From the NCBI GenBank assembly GCA_963851265.1, contig CAWKNZ010000010.1, forward strand, positions 96,001-160,000: a stretch of DNA of 64,000 nucleotides. Direction: 5' to 3'. Origin of the DNA: an uncultured Gemmatimonadales bacterium. Its GTDB lineage: Bacteria > Gemmatimonadota > Gemmatimonadetes > Gemmatimonadales > Gemmatimonadaceae. Within the stretch, counting starts at the first letter, position 1. Every line of letters begins with the position of its first letter. The notes beneath the pieces are model-generated. The model did not search any database and was not told where the DNA came from. It saw only the letters and a program-made list of their open reading frames with translations. Positions 31,545 through 48,099 of the stretch are shown piece after piece. Position numbers and translations under genes: made by a program.

Positions 31545-32147
31545 TCATGCGACGGCCGCGCCGTGCGCGGCCCCGCCCTGGGCGGGCAGCGCCCGCGCGG
31601 CCCGCCGCCGTGCCGCGCCCGCGACGCCGGCCGCGAGCAGCAGCGCGAACCCGAGCGCGAGCCCTGCCGCCGCGCGCGGACTCGCTTGGTGCTGGAATGT
31701 GACCAGAAAGACGACGAGCACGAGCAGCACCGTCGGCGCCTCGTTGAAGAGCCGGAACTGTTGCGACGTCATCGGCGACGTGCCGGCCGCGAGGCGCGCG
31801 GCGCAGCGGACGCAGGCCACGTGGTACGCGGCGACGCCGGCGACGAGGACCAGCTTGGCCTGCAGCCATCCCGCGCCTAACAGCCCGGGGCGTCCGGCGA
31901 GCATGCCGACCGCCGCCGCGACGGCGAGCACGCACGCGGGGCGCATGATCGCCCGCTCCAGCAGGCGCTCCATGCGCGCGAACTGCGCGTGCAGGACCGC
32001 GCGCGCGGGTTCCGGCCCGGCGAGCGCCTCGGCGTGGTACACGAACAGGCGCGGGAGGTAGAACAGCCCCGCGAACCACGCAACCACGGCCACGATGTGC
32101 AGCGTCTTCGCCCAGAGGTACAGCGTGCCCGACGCGGCACCCGTCAC
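31545..32147 (-). CDS. hemJ: Protoporphyrinogen IX oxidase HemJ (CopD-like)
   Basis: YLWAKTLHIVAVVAWFAGLFYLPRLFVYH, MERLL, WLQAKL, FRLFNEAPT. Confidence 0.92.
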   Translation of the reverse strand: MTGAASGTLYLWAKTLHIVAVVAWFAGLFYLPRLFVYHAEALAGPEPARAVLHAQFARMERLLERAIMRPACVLAVAAAVGMLAGRPGLLGAGWLQAKLVLVAGVAAYHVACVRCAARLAAGTSPMTSQQFRLFNEAPTVLLVLVVFLVTFQHQASPRAAAGLALGFALLLAAGVAGAARRRAARALPAQGGAAHGAAVA

Positions 32148-33199
32148 GCCAACACCTCGTCGCCCGCTCCCGGCGCGAGCCAGTCCCGCGGCTCGAGCAT
32201 CGCCGCGAGCCGCGCGCCGGCGCTCCCGGCGGGGTGCGTACCCGTCGCGCCCCACGCCGCCATCGGCGGCAGCGACATGAGCACGCTGTCGATGCGCGCG
32301 TTCGTGCGGAGCCCGAACAACGTGCCGCGGTCGTGCAGCAGGTTGAACTCCGCGTAGCGCGCGCGGCGCTCGAGCTGGAGCGCGCGCTCCGCGTCGCCGT
32401 ACGGCTCGGCGCGCCAGCGGTCGACGACGGGCGCGTACGCCGCCGAGAGCACGGTGCCGACGGCCGCGGAAAGGCCGTGGAGCGCGGCCGTGTTCAGGAA
32501 CTCCGCCACGCCCTCGCCGGGGCGCACGTGGTCGTAGAAGATGCCGCCGACGCCCCGGCGCTCGCCGCCGCGGTGGGCGTTCGCGAAGTACTCGTCGCAG
32601 CACGCCTTGCCGCGCGCGTACACCGCGAGCCCGAACGGCGCGCAGGCCGCCGCGAGCGCCGCGTGGAAGTGTCGCGCGTCGGCCGGGCGCGGGTGGGTGG
32701 GCGTGAGGTCGGTGCCGCCCCCGAACCACGCGTCGACGCGGGCGCCGGTCGCGTCGGTCAGCTCGAAGTAGCGCACGTTCAGGTGGACCGTCGGCACCAT
32801 CGGGCTGCGCGGGTGCACGACGACGCTGACGCCGGTGGCGAAGAAGTCGAGCGGTCCGGTCCCGTCCGACCCGCCGCGCGCGCCTAACGCGCGGCCGACT
32901 TCGTCCGGCAGCGCCCCGTAGACGGTCGATCGGTTGGCCCCCGCCTTCTCGAACGTCGTCCCTTCGGTGAGGAGCCGGGACACCCCGCCTCCGCCCCCGG
33001 CGCGCTCCCACGACTCGTCCGCGAAACGGCCGCCGCGGTCGAGGTCGGTGAGCAGCCGGGTGATCTCGTCGTGCACGGCGACCGTCCACGCGCCGGCGCG
33101 CGCGCGGTCGTCGTCGGCGGCCGGCACGCGGGTGTACGGCGCCACGCGCCCGGAGAGTCGGTGGTCCGGCGCGCGCGGCGCCGTGGGCGTCAGCTGCAC
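32144..33199 (-). CDS. hemF: Oxygen-dependent coproporphyrinogen III oxidase
   Basis: GGGGVS, FEKAGAN.STVYG, GVSVVVHP.SP.VPTVHLNVRYF, WFGGGTDLTP, RGVGGIFYD, YAEFNL..DRGTLFGL; GGAGG RBS. Confidence 0.93.
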   Translation of the reverse strand: MQLTPTAPRAPDHRLSGRVAPYTRVPAADDDRARAGAWTVAVHDEITRLLTDLDRGGRFADESWERAGGGGGVSRLLTEGTTFEKAGANRSTVYGALPDEVGRALGARGGSDGTGPLDFFATGVSVVVHPRSPMVPTVHLNVRYFELTDATGARVDAWFGGGTDLTPTHPRPADARHFHAALAAACAPFGLAVYARGKACCDEYFANAHRGGERRGVGGIFYDHVRPGEGVAEFLNTAALHGLSAAVGTVLSAAYAPVVDRWRAEPYGDAERALQLERRARYAEFNLLHDRGTLFGLRTNARIDSVLMSLPPMAAWGATGTHPAGSAGARLAAMLEPRDWLAPGAGDEVLA

Positions 33200-34689
33200 C
33201 GCAGCCTCCGGCCGGCGACGTGCGCCGCGTGCGTGACGGCGGCGGCGTCCGCGCCCACGCCGGCCAGCGGCGGAGGCGAGCCGCGGGTCGCGGCCGCGTC
33301 GGTGCGTCGGCGGCGCGGGCGCAGCGCGCGGCCGGCTTCTCCGGCGGCAGCGGACGCCGCGGGCGGGAAGAGACAGGCGAGCGCGGCCACGAGCGCGTCG
33401 CACGATTCACCCTCCGCCGCGGCCGCCGCGCGGAGCGTCTGCATCGGACCGGCGAGCAGCTTGGCCACGACGCGCCCCGCCGCACGCTCGGCCACGGCGT
33501 CGCGCGTCTCGACGTCGACCCCGGCCATACCGACGGCGTAGGCGACCTCGCGCCGGCAGATGGTGGCGAGCGCGGCGCAGAAGGGGCGCACCGCCTCGCG
33601 CGCCGCCGCGTCCCGCATCCACGTGGCCAGCGCGACCCGCTCCTCCTCGACGATCCGCTCGGCGTCGGGGACCGAGGCGCCGCGCACGCGTTCCCCCGCG
33701 GCGACGGCCGGGCGGAGGGCGTCGAGATCGACGATCGTCACCGCGGCCACCGAGGCGAGCGCGGGGTCGACGTTGCGCGGCACGGCAAGGTCGATCATCA
33801 GCAGTGGGTACTGCGCCGTGGCGCACCGACGCCGCGCGGAGACGAGCGGGTCCGCGTACACGATCGGTTCGGTCGACGACGTCGCGACGACCGCGACGTC
33901 GGCGAGGGCGAGTTCTCCGTAGAGCGCGGCCACCGGCGCCGAGCGTCCGCCGACGTCGGTCGCGAGCCGCTCGGCGCGCTCGGGCGAACGGTTGAGCAGG
34001 ACGAGGTCGCGGGCGCCCAACTTGGCGAGCTGGCGGGCCGCGCGTTCGCCCGTCGTCCCGCACCCGACGACGACGACGCGCGCGTGCGCGAGCGATCCGA
34101 AGCGCCGGAGCGCGACGTTCGCCGCTTCGGCGCCGACCGACTGGCGGCCGCTCGACAGGGTCGTTTCGGCGCGCACGCGCTTGCCGACGTGCAACGCGGC
34201 CTCGAACAGCCGGTGGAGCACCGTCCCCGTGACGCCGGCGTTCCCCGCGCTCGCGTGCGCCGCGCGGAGCTGGCCTAACAGCTGTGAGTCGCCGAGGACC
34301 TGCGATTCGAGCCCCGCGGCGACGCGCAGCAGATGGAGCGCGGCCGCGTCGCCGGTCCGACGCCGGGCGGCCGCGAGGAGTTGCCGCCCGCCCGCGTCCC
34401 CGCCCATCCACGCGCGTGCGAGGGCGGCGAACTGGGCCTCGAGTGCGCGCCCGCCCGCGGCCGCCGCCGGCGCCCACGCGTACGCCTCGCTCCTGTTGCA
34501 CGTGGCAAGTGCGACACGCTGCACCGGGGCGATCCCGACGGGCGCGAGCCCCCCGGCGGCCAGCTCTGCGAGGGCCGGCCCGGTCGAGGCGCGGCCGTAG
34601 AGGCGGTCCAGTCGGTCCGGCGTGAGGTGGAAACGCTCACGCGTGGCCACGTCGGCGTGTCGGTAATCGACGGCGAGGGAGAGGAGCAT
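33190..34689 (-). CDS. hemA: Glutamyl-tRNA reductase (C5 ALA pathway), divergent
   Basis: H.ADVATRERF, ATCNRSE (catalytic Cys), AAGLESQVLGDSQLLGQ, GCGTTG Rossmann motif, NRS.ERA, DLAVPRNVDP. Confidence 0.88.
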   Translation of the reverse strand: MLLSLAVDYRHADVATRERFHLTPDRLDRLYGRASTGPALAELAAGGLAPVGIAPVQRVALATCNRSEAYAWAPAAAAGGRALEAQFAALARAWMGGDAGGRQLLAAARRRTGDAAALHLLRVAAGLESQVLGDSQLLGQLRAAHASAGNAGVTGTVLHRLFEAALHVGKRVRAETTLSSGRQSVGAEAANVALRRFGSLAHARVVVVGCGTTGERAARQLAKLGARDLVLLNRSPERAERLATDVGGRSAPVAALYGELALADVAVVATSSTEPIVYADPLVSARRRCATAQYPLLMIDLAVPRNVDPALASVAAVTIVDLDALRPAVAAGERVRGASVPDAERIVEEERVALATWMRDAAAREAVRPFCAALATICRREVAYAVGMAGVDVETRDAVAERAAGRVVAKLLAGPMQTLRAAAAAEGESCDALVAALACLFPPAASAAAGEAGRALRPRRRRTDAAATRGSPPPLAGVGADAAAVTHAAHVAGRRLRCS

Positions 34690-34709
34690 GCGGGGGCGGC
34701 TGGGGCGCG

Positions 34710-35957
34710 TCAGGTCGCGGCGAGGCCGCTCAGGTGGGCCAGGTTCTTCACGAAAATCCGCGCGTGCGACAGCGGCTTCGCGCGCACGAGGCGCTTGCGC
34801 ATGTAGGCATCGAACGTGAGGCGCTGCACGTCCACGTCCTCGCAGATCGCGACGAACCGCTCGCGCCGGCCGTCGCCGCGGTACCAGAAGCGCTGCATGA
34901 CGTCGAGCACGAAGAACACGGCGCCGTGCTCGCGCATGAAGCGGCGGCGCGCCCCGGCGAGCGCCGCGGCGCGTGCGCGGGGCGAGGCGGCACGGATGGC
35001 CTCTTCGACCGCCTCCGCCGTGCGCCGGCCGCCCGTCATCGCGTAGAAGATTCCCTCGCCCGACGCGGGTGCGACGAGCCCCGCGGCGTCGCCGGTCACG
35101 ACGACATCGCGGCCGTTGTCCCACCGGCGGAGCGGCGTGAGGGGGATCGGCGCGCCCTCGCGCTTGAGGGTGCGTGCGTGGGCGAGGCCCGCCGTTTCGC
35201 GCAGCGCGGCGACGGCGCCGCGCATGTCGAAGCCCTGGCGAAAGGTCCCCGTGCCGACGCTGCAGACCGGGCCGTGCGGGAACACCCACGCGTAGAAGTC
35301 GGGCGAGAGCCGCCCCTGGTAGTAGACGTCGCAGCGCGTGTCGTCGTACGACGTGCCGAGCGCCGCGGCGTCGGGACGCTCGACGATCTCGTGGTAGGCG
35401 AACACGTGTCGCATGCGGGCCGCCCCCGGAATCTCCTGCCGCGCGACCGCCGAGAGCGCGCCGTCGGCACCGACGAGGAATCGCGTGCGCACCGACCGCA
35501 GCGCGCCCTCGCGCGAGGCGCCGTCGCGGTACCACACGACCGCGGTCCCGTCGCTCTCGCGCGTGAGGCGTTCGTACCGCCCCGTCACGCGTTCGGCGCC
35601 GAAGGCGACCGCGCGGACTCGGAGCCATTCGTCGAACGCACCCCGGTCGACCATGCCGACGAAGCCGTCGCCGACCGGGATGTCGACGGCTCGCCCCGCC
35701 GGCGAGACCATACGCGCGGACGCGATCTCGGCGACGAGCGCCGAGCGTGGCACGTCGAAGTCGACGAGCAGTTGCGGGGGGACGGCCCCCCCGCACGGTT
35801 TCACACGCCCGGCCTTGTCGAGCAGCATGACGCGCCGCCCGCGCTTCGCGAGTTCGTGCGCGGCAGTCGCGCCGGCGGGCCCGCCGCCGACGACGACCGC
35901 GTCGTACAGATCGCCCGCGCGTGTACCGTTCGCCTGGCCGTCCACCGAGCCGTTCAC
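34710..35957 (-). CDS. bchP: Geranylgeranyl reductase
   Basis: VVGGGPAGATAA, KPCGGAVP, GADGA.S.VA, PDFYAWVFP, GDAAG.VAP.SGEGIFYAM. Confidence 0.95.
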   Translation of the reverse strand: MNGSVDGQANGTRAGDLYDAVVVGGGPAGATAAHELAKRGRRVMLLDKAGRVKPCGGAVPPQLLVDFDVPRSALVAEIASARMVSPAGRAVDIPVGDGFVGMVDRGAFDEWLRVRAVAFGAERVTGRYERLTRESDGTAVVWYRDGASREGALRSVRTRFLVGADGALSAVARQEIPGAARMRHVFAYHEIVERPDAAALGTSYDDTRCDVYYQGRLSPDFYAWVFPHGPVCSVGTGTFRQGFDMRGAVAALRETAGLAHARTLKREGAPIPLTPLRRWDNGRDVVVTGDAAGLVAPASGEGIFYAMTGGRRTAEAVEEAIRAASPRARAAALAGARRRFMREHGAVFFVLDVMQRFWYRGDGRRERFVAICEDVDVQRLTFDAYMRKRLVRAKPLSHARIFVKNLAHLSGLAAT

Positions 35958-36925
35958 CGCGCACCTCCCACCGTGACGATTCGCAGCCCGACGGCTGCGG
36001 CCATCATGCCGAACACGTAGAACGGCACGCCGACCGCGCTGTACACGAGCGCGCTCCGCGGCGTGACCGCGCCGAGAAAACGGCGCATCAGCGCGAGCTG
36101 CGCGACGACGAGCACCGCGACGAGCGCGGCAGCCCCACGCGCGTGCCATGTGGTGAGCAGTGCGATCACGGCGAGCTGCGGAACGAGCATCACCGCGCAG
36201 GCCGCGCGCGCCGCGCCGGCCGCGCCGAGCTGCACGGGGAGCGAGCGAACACCGTGGCGCTGGTCGCCTTCGACCGATTTGAAATCGTTGAGGGTCATGA
36301 TCCCGTGCGCGCCGAGGCTGTAGAGGAGCGCGAGTGCCAGCACGCGCGGGCCCGGGAGCGCCCCACCGGCCATGACGAGCGCCCCCGTGGTCCACGCGAC
36401 GCCTTCGTAGCAGAGTCCGACGGCGAGGTTCCCCCACCAGCCGTTCGCCTTGAGCCGCGCGGGAGGCGCGCTGTACGCCCACGCGAGCAGGAGCGCGAGC
36501 GCGGTCGCGGCCCCGCCCGCGGGCCCGAGCAGCAGCCCCGCGCCTAACGCGACCGCCGACCAGACGACCGCCACGGCGAGCCCCCACGCACCCGGCACGC
36601 GCCCCGACGGGATCGGTCGCGCCGGCTCGTTCACCGCGTCGACGTGGCGATCGAACCAGTCGTTGACCGCCTGGCTCGCGCCACACACGAGCGGCCCCGC
36701 GACGCACACGCCGAGGGCGAGCGCGGCCGGCGTCGCGGCCCGCGCTCCTGGCATCACGGCCGCAGCCGACACCGCACCGCACGCGAACGCCCACATCGGC
36801 GGGAACCACGTCACCGGCTTGAGCAGTTCGACGAGCGCGCGCGGGTCGGGCCGGCTGCGCAGCGCCGGCCGATCGAGCGCCGCGCCGAGCGGGTGTACGG
36901 TCAACAGAACACGTGAAGATGTCAT
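35954..36925 (-). CDS. bchG: Bacteriochlorophyll synthase
   Basis: LKPVTWFPPMWAF.CG, NDWFDRHVDAVNEP.RPIPSGR, YSAPP.RLK.NGW, LNDFKSVEGD. Confidence 0.95.
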   Translation of the reverse strand: MTSSRVLLTVHPLGAALDRPALRSRPDPRALVELLKPVTWFPPMWAFACGAVSAAAVMPGARAATPAALALGVCVAGPLVCGASQAVNDWFDRHVDAVNEPARPIPSGRVPGAWGLAVAVVWSAVALGAGLLLGPAGGAATALALLLAWAYSAPPARLKANGWWGNLAVGLCYEGVAWTTGALVMAGGALPGPRVLALALLYSLGAHGIMTLNDFKSVEGDQRHGVRSLPVQLGAAGAARAACAVMLVPQLAVIALLTTWHARGAAALVAVLVVAQLALMRRFLGAVTPRSALVYSAVGVPFYVFGMMAAAVGLRIVTVGGAR

Positions 36926-36937
36926 GCTTCGTTGACA
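36894..36937. promoter_or_regulatory. Tandem PpsR/CrtJ operators (TGT-N12-ACA x2, 8-bp spacer) over the bchG start
   Basis: TGTACGGTCAACAGAACA (36894-36911) and TGTCATGCTTCGTTGACA (36920-36937). Confidence 0.8.
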
Positions 36938-37041
36938 CTGTGGGCGAAGAGGAACCCCGGGTGGAGCCGGGGTTGAGGCACTGCAGCGGGGCGAGCGGGC
37001 GGGCGGTGGCGCGGTGGACGCCGGCGGGGAAGCCGGAGTGT

Positions 37042-38532
37042 TCAGCCGCTCGGGTCGGCGTCGGCGCCCTCGGCGGAGAGCAGTCGGTGTCGGCGCAGCT
37101 TGAGGTAGAGCGACTGCCGGGAGAGGCCGAGCACCTCGGCCGCTGCCGTGCGATTGCCCTGCGTCAGCGTGAGCGCGGCCTCGACGAAGTGCCGTTCGAC
37201 CATCTGCACGGTGTCACGCACGAGATCGGGGAGCGACACGCGCCCGACCTGCCGCGTCAGCTGCTCGACCGCGCGCGACAGATCGCGCGCGCCACCCGTC
37301 CCGCCCCCGACGCGGCGGCCCACGTCGCGGATCGTCCACGCCACGGCCGGTTCGGCGCCGTCGGGCGCGGACACCGCGGAGAGTTCGACGTCGGTGACGG
37401 TGCCGTGTTCGCCGCGCACCGCGGTGCCGAGCAGCCGGACGACGCCGTGCTGGCGCAACATGGCGAGCAGGAGGGGTAGATCCGCGCCGGGGCGGCCGAG
37501 CCACTCGCCGAGCGAGCGGCCGTCGGCGTGCGCGGCGTCGCCGAGCTGTGCGAGCGCGACGAACGCGCGGTTCGCGGTGAGCACGCGGCCGTCCGCGTCG
37601 GTGACGACGAACGCGTCGGGCGCGGTCTCGAGCAACGTCTGGAGCGCGGCGTGCGCGGCGTCGGGCACGTTCGCGTCGGCGTCGTCCTCCTCGGCGAAGC
37701 GCACGAGGAAGAGCGTCTGCGCTTCCTGCCGAAGGTACGACGCCGCCACCCGTACCGCGCGACCGTCGGCGAGCATGATCTCGACGTCGTCGCCGTGCCC
37801 TTCGGTGCGCGCCGACGCGAGAAGATCGTTGAGCGTCTGTCGCGCCGCGACCGCGGACTCGGGCGGGAACGCGCGCCCGACGAGCCGGTCGACGGCGGAC
37901 CCGAACAGCGCGCCCGCGGCCTCGTTCGCGTCGACCACCTTGCGCGTGTCCGCGTCGACGACGAGCACGGCATCGCGCGAGCGTTGGAACAGCAGGCGGT
38001 AGCGCGTCTCGACGTGGCGCAGACGCCAGTAGTCGCGCTCGAGCGCCTGCTGCGTCTCGACGAGGCGCTGCTGGAGCGCGGCGACGGCGCGCAGGTCGCG
38101 GCCGACCGCGACGACGCTGCCGTCGTCGAGGCGGACCGCCGCGTAGGTCACGGGAACGTCGTGGCCGTCGGACGCGACGTGGTTGACCTGACGCCGCGGC
38201 CCACCGCCCGCTGCGTTGGCCTCGCGCAGCAGCAACTCGATCTTGGCGCGCGAGTCCGGCGTCACGGTATCGACCCACCGCCGCCCGACCCAGCCGTCGA
38301 GCATCGCGCTGTGGCCCGGCTCGGGTGCCGCGGACAGTCCGGTCGCGCCGCCGCCGCTGGCCGCCGCGTCGATCACGACACCGGCCGGGTCGATGACGAG
38401 GGCGAGGTCGCTGGCCGCCGCGAGCGCCGCCGCCCCGTCCGCGCCGAGGTGCATGAGCGCGGCGCGCCCAGCGTGCCCGAAGGCGCGCGAGCCGCGCGGC
38501 GCCGGAGCGCGTTGGGCGCGTGAGGCGCTCAT
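37042..38532 (-). CDS. ppsR: Transcriptional regulator PpsR/CrtJ
   Basis: PAS domains, Q-linker LQQRLVETQQALERDYWRLRHVETRYRLLF, C-terminal HTH GNRTAAAEVLGLSRQSLYLKLRR. Confidence 0.95.
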   Translation of the reverse strand: MSASRAQRAPAPRGSRAFGHAGRAALMHLGADGAAALAAASDLALVIDPAGVVIDAAASGGGATGLSAAPEPGHSAMLDGWVGRRWVDTVTPDSRAKIELLLREANAAGGGPRRQVNHVASDGHDVPVTYAAVRLDDGSVVAVGRDLRAVAALQQRLVETQQALERDYWRLRHVETRYRLLFQRSRDAVLVVDADTRKVVDANEAAGALFGSAVDRLVGRAFPPESAVAARQTLNDLLASARTEGHGDDVEIMLADGRAVRVAASYLRQEAQTLFLVRFAEEDDADANVPDAAHAALQTLLETAPDAFVVTDADGRVLTANRAFVALAQLGDAAHADGRSLGEWLGRPGADLPLLLAMLRQHGVVRLLGTAVRGEHGTVTDVELSAVSAPDGAEPAVAWTIRDVGRRVGGGTGGARDLSRAVEQLTRQVGRVSLPDLVRDTVQMVERHFVEAALTLTQGNRTAAAEVLGLSRQSLYLKLRRHRLLSAEGADADPSG

Positions 38533-38551
38533 CACGCCGCCAGTGGGTTGG

Positions 38552-39391
38552 CTACTCGACGCGAGCATCGAGGAGCGCGCGGGCGCAGCGGGGAGCGTCC
38601 GCCGCAGACGCCGCGAAGGCGTCGGCTCCGACTCGACTGACGAACTCGGGGTGCTCGACGAAGATTCTTCCACCAACCAGGACACCAACGTGGGGGTTCC
38701 GCGCGCGGCGGCGTACCGAGGCGATCTCGCGCCGCAACGTCAACAGCCGGACATCGCACGCCGCGGAGAAGCCTACCACGTCGAACCAGTCGTCGCGTAC
38801 CGCGGCCGCGAGGCTGTCGCCCGCGCCGAGCGCGGCCACGCGGACGCTCCAGCCATCGCGCAACAGGAACTCCGCCACCATGTAGACGCCGAGCGAATGC
38901 TGCTCGCCGGGCGCGCACGCGAGCAGCGCGCGGCCGATCGGCGCGCTAACGGGCGGCTCCGACCCGAACGAATGACCGAGCTCGCGCGCGACCCGATGCA
39001 CGCGCCCCATGCCGAGCGTGACGTCGAAGAAGTCGCACGTGTCGTCGACCCACATTCGGCCGAGTGCCTCTGCCGTCGGCCCGAGCAGTTCGACGTAGAG
39101 CGCGGCAGCCGGAACCCCGCGTCGCACGAGGTCGGCGACGAGCCGCGTGGGCGCCTGATCGTCGGCGCCGAACACCAGCGCGAGGAACTCGGCGCGCTCG
39201 TCCTCGCCGACGCACGCGACCACCTCGGTACGCCCAACGTGTCGCTCCGCGCTTGCCGCGGTCGTCCACGCCGCCGGCGAGCATTCGGGCGTGTAGGCGT
39301 ACGCCTGCGCGTACACCGCGGCGGGGTGGGCGGCGATCCCGAGTCCGGCCTTCGCCGGCCGGCCGGTCCAACGCATCTCTCCATGACTCAC
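38552..39391 (-). CDS. aerR: Cobalamin-binding regulator AerR/PpaA
   Basis: LGRMWVDD..DF.DVT.G, PGEQHSLG (ExHxxG), FLLRDGW, VLVGG; upstream of ppsR; GTG start with a purine-rich RBS. Confidence 0.88.
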   Translation of the reverse strand: MSHGEMRWTGRPAKAGLGIAAHPAAVYAQAYAYTPECSPAAWTTAASAERHVGRTEVVACVGEDERAEFLALVFGADDQAPTRLVADLVRRGVPAAALYVELLGPTAEALGRMWVDDTCDFFDVTLGMGRVHRVARELGHSFGSEPPVSAPIGRALLACAPGEQHSLGVYMVAEFLLRDGWSVRVAALGAGDSLAAAVRDDWFDVVGFSAACDVRLLTLRREIASVRRRARNPHVGVLVGGRIFVEHPEFVSRVGADAFAASAADAPRCARALLDARVE

Positions 39392-39499
39392 GGCAACCCC
39401 CTCCCCTCGACGCCGGCGTCCGATGTGCCCTACCGCCCGTCCCCAAAACGAACACAGGAGACCGCGGTGACGGGCCAATGTGGGACCGACACCACGAAC

Positions 39500-41552
<2,053 letters not shown>

Positions 41553-41577
41553 CCGGGAGGAAGGGGACGGCGACGAC

Positions 41578-43259
41578 ATGCAGCTGACGCTCTGGACCTA
41601 CGAGGGACCGCCGCACGTGGGGGCGATGCGCGTCGCGGCGTCGATGCGGGGCGTGCACTACGTCCTGCACGCCCCGCAGGGCGACACCTACGCCGACCTG
41701 CTGTTCACGATGATCGAGCGCTCCGCCGCGCGCCCGCCGGTCTCGTACACCACCTTCCAGGCCCGCGACCTCGGCGGCGACACGGCCGGTCTCGTGATCG
41801 AAGCCGTGCGCGAGGCGGCCGCGCTCTTCGCGCCCGACGCGCTGCTCGTCGGCGAGTCGTGCACGGCCGAGCTGATCCAGGATCAGGCCGGCGCGCTCGC
41901 GAAGGGACTCGGGCTCGGCATCCCCGTCGTCCCCCTCGACCTGCCGGCGTACTCGAAGAAGGAGAACTGGGGCGCGGCCGAGACGCTCTACCAGCTCGTG
42001 CGCGCGACGTGCGCGGCGGACGCGCCCGCGCCGGGCACGACGCGGCCGCCGCGCGACCCCGCGCGTCGCCCGGTCGCGAACGTGTTAGGCCCGAGCGCGC
42101 TCGGCTTCCGCGCGCGCGACGACGCCCGCGAGATCGTCGCGCTGCTCGGTGAGATCGGGGTGGACGTGGGCGTCGTCGCGCCGCTCGGCGCGACGGTGGC
42201 CGACCTGCGGCGGCTTCCCGCGGCCGACCTCAACGTGTGCTACGCCGCCGAGATCGCGCTCTCGACGTGCGAGTGGCTGCGACGCACGTTCGGGCAGCCC
42301 GTGGTGCGTACCGTGCCGATCGGCGTCGGCGCGACGGGCGACTTCCTGCGCGAGGTGGCCGCGGCCGCGGGGCTCCCGACGCCCGCGGTGCGCCACGACG
42401 CGTCGCGCCTGCCCTGGTACTCGCGCTCCGTCGACTCGACGTACCTGACCGGCAAGCGGGTGTTCGTGTTCGGCGACGGCACGCACGCGTGCGCGGCCGC
42501 GCGCATGGTGGTCGAGGAGTTCGGCTTCGACCTCGTCGGGCTCGGGACGTACAGCCGCGAGATGGCGCGCGACGTGCGCGCGGCGGGCGCGAAGTACGGC
42601 GTGGAGGCGTTCGTGAGCGACGACTACCTCGACGTCGAGGCGCGGATCGCGGCGGCCGCGCCGGAGCTCGTGTTAGGCACGCAGATGGAGCGGCACACGG
42701 CCAAGCGGCTGGGGGTGCCCTGCGCGGTGATCTCGGCCCCGCTCCACGTGCAGGACGTGCCCGCGCGCTACTCGCCGCAGGTCGGGTGGGAGGGCGCGAA
42801 CGTGCTGTTCGACAGCTGGGTGCACCCGCTCATGATGGGGCTCGAAGAACACCTGCTCGGGATGTTCCGCAACGACTTCGAGTTCCACGACGGCGCGGCG
42901 CCGTCGCACCTCGGGTCGCACGCGGTGCCGGCCGGCGCGTCGGCCGCGGTCGGCGTGCCGCCGCGGGCCGCGGTGGTCGATCCGTCTCCTTTTGGTCGCG
43001 GTCGAACCGGTCGCGGTCGAACCGGTCTCGGTCGAAACGGTCGTGGTCGAACCCGTGGCGGCCCCGACGCCGCGCACGACCGAGCCCGCGCCGACCGAGG
43101 TCGTCGTGACGTTGCGGTGGGCGCCCGAAGCCGAGGCCGAGCTGCGCAAGATCCCGTTCTTCGTCCGCCCCAAGGCGCGCCGCAACACGGAGCGGTACGC
43201 GGCCGAGCGCGGCGTGGCCGACATCTCGATCGACACGCTGTACGAAGCGAAGGCGCACT

Positions 43260-43270
<11 letters not shown>
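41578..43270 (+). CDS. bchB: DPOR subunit B; apparent +1 frameshift near 42990 before the C-terminal domain
   Basis: [41 protein letters not shown]. The terminal domain [23 protein letters not shown]...LYEAKAHY is in the next frame (42992-43270). Confidence 0.93.
42994..43053 (+). repeat. 15-bp tandem repeat, 4 copies, in the bchB linker
   Basis: GGTCGCGGTCGAACC x2, GGTCTCGGTCGAAAC, GGTCGTGGTCGAACC (VAVEP-like repeats). Confidence 0.85.

Positions 43271-48098
<4,828 letters not shown>

Positions 48099-48099
<1 letters not shown>

Noticed and set aside
29000..32000. Recent horizontal insertion boundary for the photosynthesis cluster
   Set aside because: No integrase, transposase, tRNA or direct repeats; composition and heptamer density look alike on both sides.
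36953..36974. Intrinsic terminator after ppsR (AACCCCGG-N6-CCGGGGTT)
   Set aside because: The 8-bp stem is real but lacks a convincing U-tract, so its function cannot be called.
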